A stretch of DNA of 64,000 nt from the NCBI GenBank assembly GCA_963737265.1, contig CAVTRY010000017.1, forward strand, positions 32,001 through 96,000, given 5' to 3'. Within the stretch, counting starts at the first letter, position 1. Each line of letters begins with the position of its first letter. The translations under genes were made by a program, and so were the position numbers. Positions 63,232 to 64,000 of the stretch are shown piece by piece. This DNA comes from an uncultured delta proteobacterium. GTDB taxonomy: Bacteria; Myxococcota_A; Polyangia; Fen-1088. The notes under the pieces were generated by a model that saw only the letters and a list, made by a program, of their open reading frames with translations, did no database searches and was not told where the DNA came from.

Positions 63232-63507
63232 GGGTCAGGTCGATGGATCCTCAGGGTGCCTCGAAACAGACAGCGCTCTTGCACAAGGCAGAGATGAGCT
63301 TCAACAGGAGGTCACCCGTCGGATATCTCACACGTTCAAGGAATTGGTTTGCTTTGGTTGTTTGCTCCTTTTCTGCAAGTGGGTCTGACCAAGATGGACA
63401 GGGTCAGATCAAAAATCCTCAGGGTGCCTCAAGACAGACGGCGCTCTTGCACATGGCAGAGATACGCTGCAACAGAAGGTCACCCTTCGGAAATCTAGAA
63501 TGTTCAA
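63232..63507 (-). ncRNA. Putative bridge/seekRNA with two tandem target-binding-loop units (63232-63339 and 63401-63507)
   Basis: ~108-nt imperfect direct repeat with conserved stems and varying loop segments. The segment at 63465-63473 reads GTTGCAGCG on the minus strand, identical to the flank at 63009-63017. Confidence 0.65.
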
Positions 63508-63533
63508 CATGGGTCGTCCCCATACCAGCATGG

Positions 63534-64000
63534 CTACACCGTCACCTGCAGACGGCGGGTGTCGAAGAGCTTGCTGCTATCAAAGGTGCCACCGCGACCG
63601 ACGTGGTACAGCCCCTTGGCCAGCTTGCGCATCAGCGCGACGGCAGCTCGCGAGGCTCGGCCGCCGTCTCGTTGCTTTTTGCGCTGGTACCAGGCGTTGG
63701 CGATGGGATCATCCTGAATCCAGCGGAAGATGGCGAGCCAGAGTAGCTGGCGTACGCGGGATGGACCACGCTTGGTGATCTTGATCTGACCGTGCATGGT
63801 ACCGCTGCTTTTCTCCTTGAGGTTGAGGCCCATGGCTTTGAGGAAAGCGCGTGTACACGAGTACGATCGTGCATCACCGACCTCGGCGAAGATGGCGGCA
63901 GCGGTGGTGCGGCCGACGACGGGGGCAAGCGCGGCGGCGGGCGTGGTGGCGGCGAGTTTTTCGACTTTCGTCTTGGCCGTGCTGAAGGCCCGGTGGGCGT
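63534..64000 (-). CDS. IS110-family recombinase/transposase, C-terminal part
   Basis: Open frame from the window edge: VGRTTAAAIFAEVGD...AMGLNLKEKSSG...ITKRGPSRVR...AAVALMRKL (Transposase_20 domain with catalytic SG). Confidence 0.9.
   Translation of the reverse strand, partial: AHRAFSTAKTKVEKLAATTPAAALAPVVGRTTAAAIFAEVGDARSYSCTRAFLKAMGLNLKEKSSGTMHGQIKITKRGPSRVRQLLWLAIFRWIQDDPIANAWYQRKKQRDGGRASRAAVALMRKLAKGLYHVGRGGTFDSSKLFDTRRLQVTV

Larger units (their letters stand above)
63018..64000 (-). mobile_element. IS110-family (IS1111-like) element inserted in attC, truncated by the window end
   Basis: Transposase C-terminus plus a ~500-bp 3' non-coding end abutting the attC arm. Boundary uncertain by a few bp. 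Confidence 0.8.

Noticed and set aside
63232-63507. Two-unit direct repeat as a CRISPR array
   Set aside because: The units are ~108 nt with internal variation, there are only two, and no cas genes are present. They fit an IS110 non-coding RNA better.
63189-63746. 185-aa plus-strand ORF with an internal repeat
   Set aside because: It is antisense to the transposase, and its peptide repeat simply reflects the non-coding duplication.

Overview
GC-rich bacterial chromosome segment, probably Myxococcota (inferred from a TIGR02266/PilZ-type protein, an FHA-GGDEF cyclase, large TPR proteins and a stand-alone rplC). Housekeeping genes include ftsH, a frameshifted argJ, gcvTHP, murJ, rex, tatD, trpEGDCF, a Sua5/YrdC gene, rplC and rlmE. 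There is also an aryl-polyene-like lipid cluster and a pair of DUF3857/transglutaminase genes. The mobile DNA is the most interesting part. (1) An integron has intI pointing towards its array. Its first attC site is interrupted by an IS110/IS1111-type element whose 3' non-coding end holds two tandem copies of a bridge/seekRNA-like target-binding loop with different guide sequences, and one guide matches the flanking attC exactly. (2) A ~580-bp element carrying only a GxxExxY gene, with 23-bp terminal inverted repeats (TIRs) and a 9-bp target-site duplication (TSD), is inserted twice in tandem in the tatD 3' end. (3) A 159-bp five-hairpin MITE-like element occurs twice, once beside a mosaic of gene fragments. 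(4) A complete IS21 element sits in the rex promoter region. All calls were made by eye, with no database searches.
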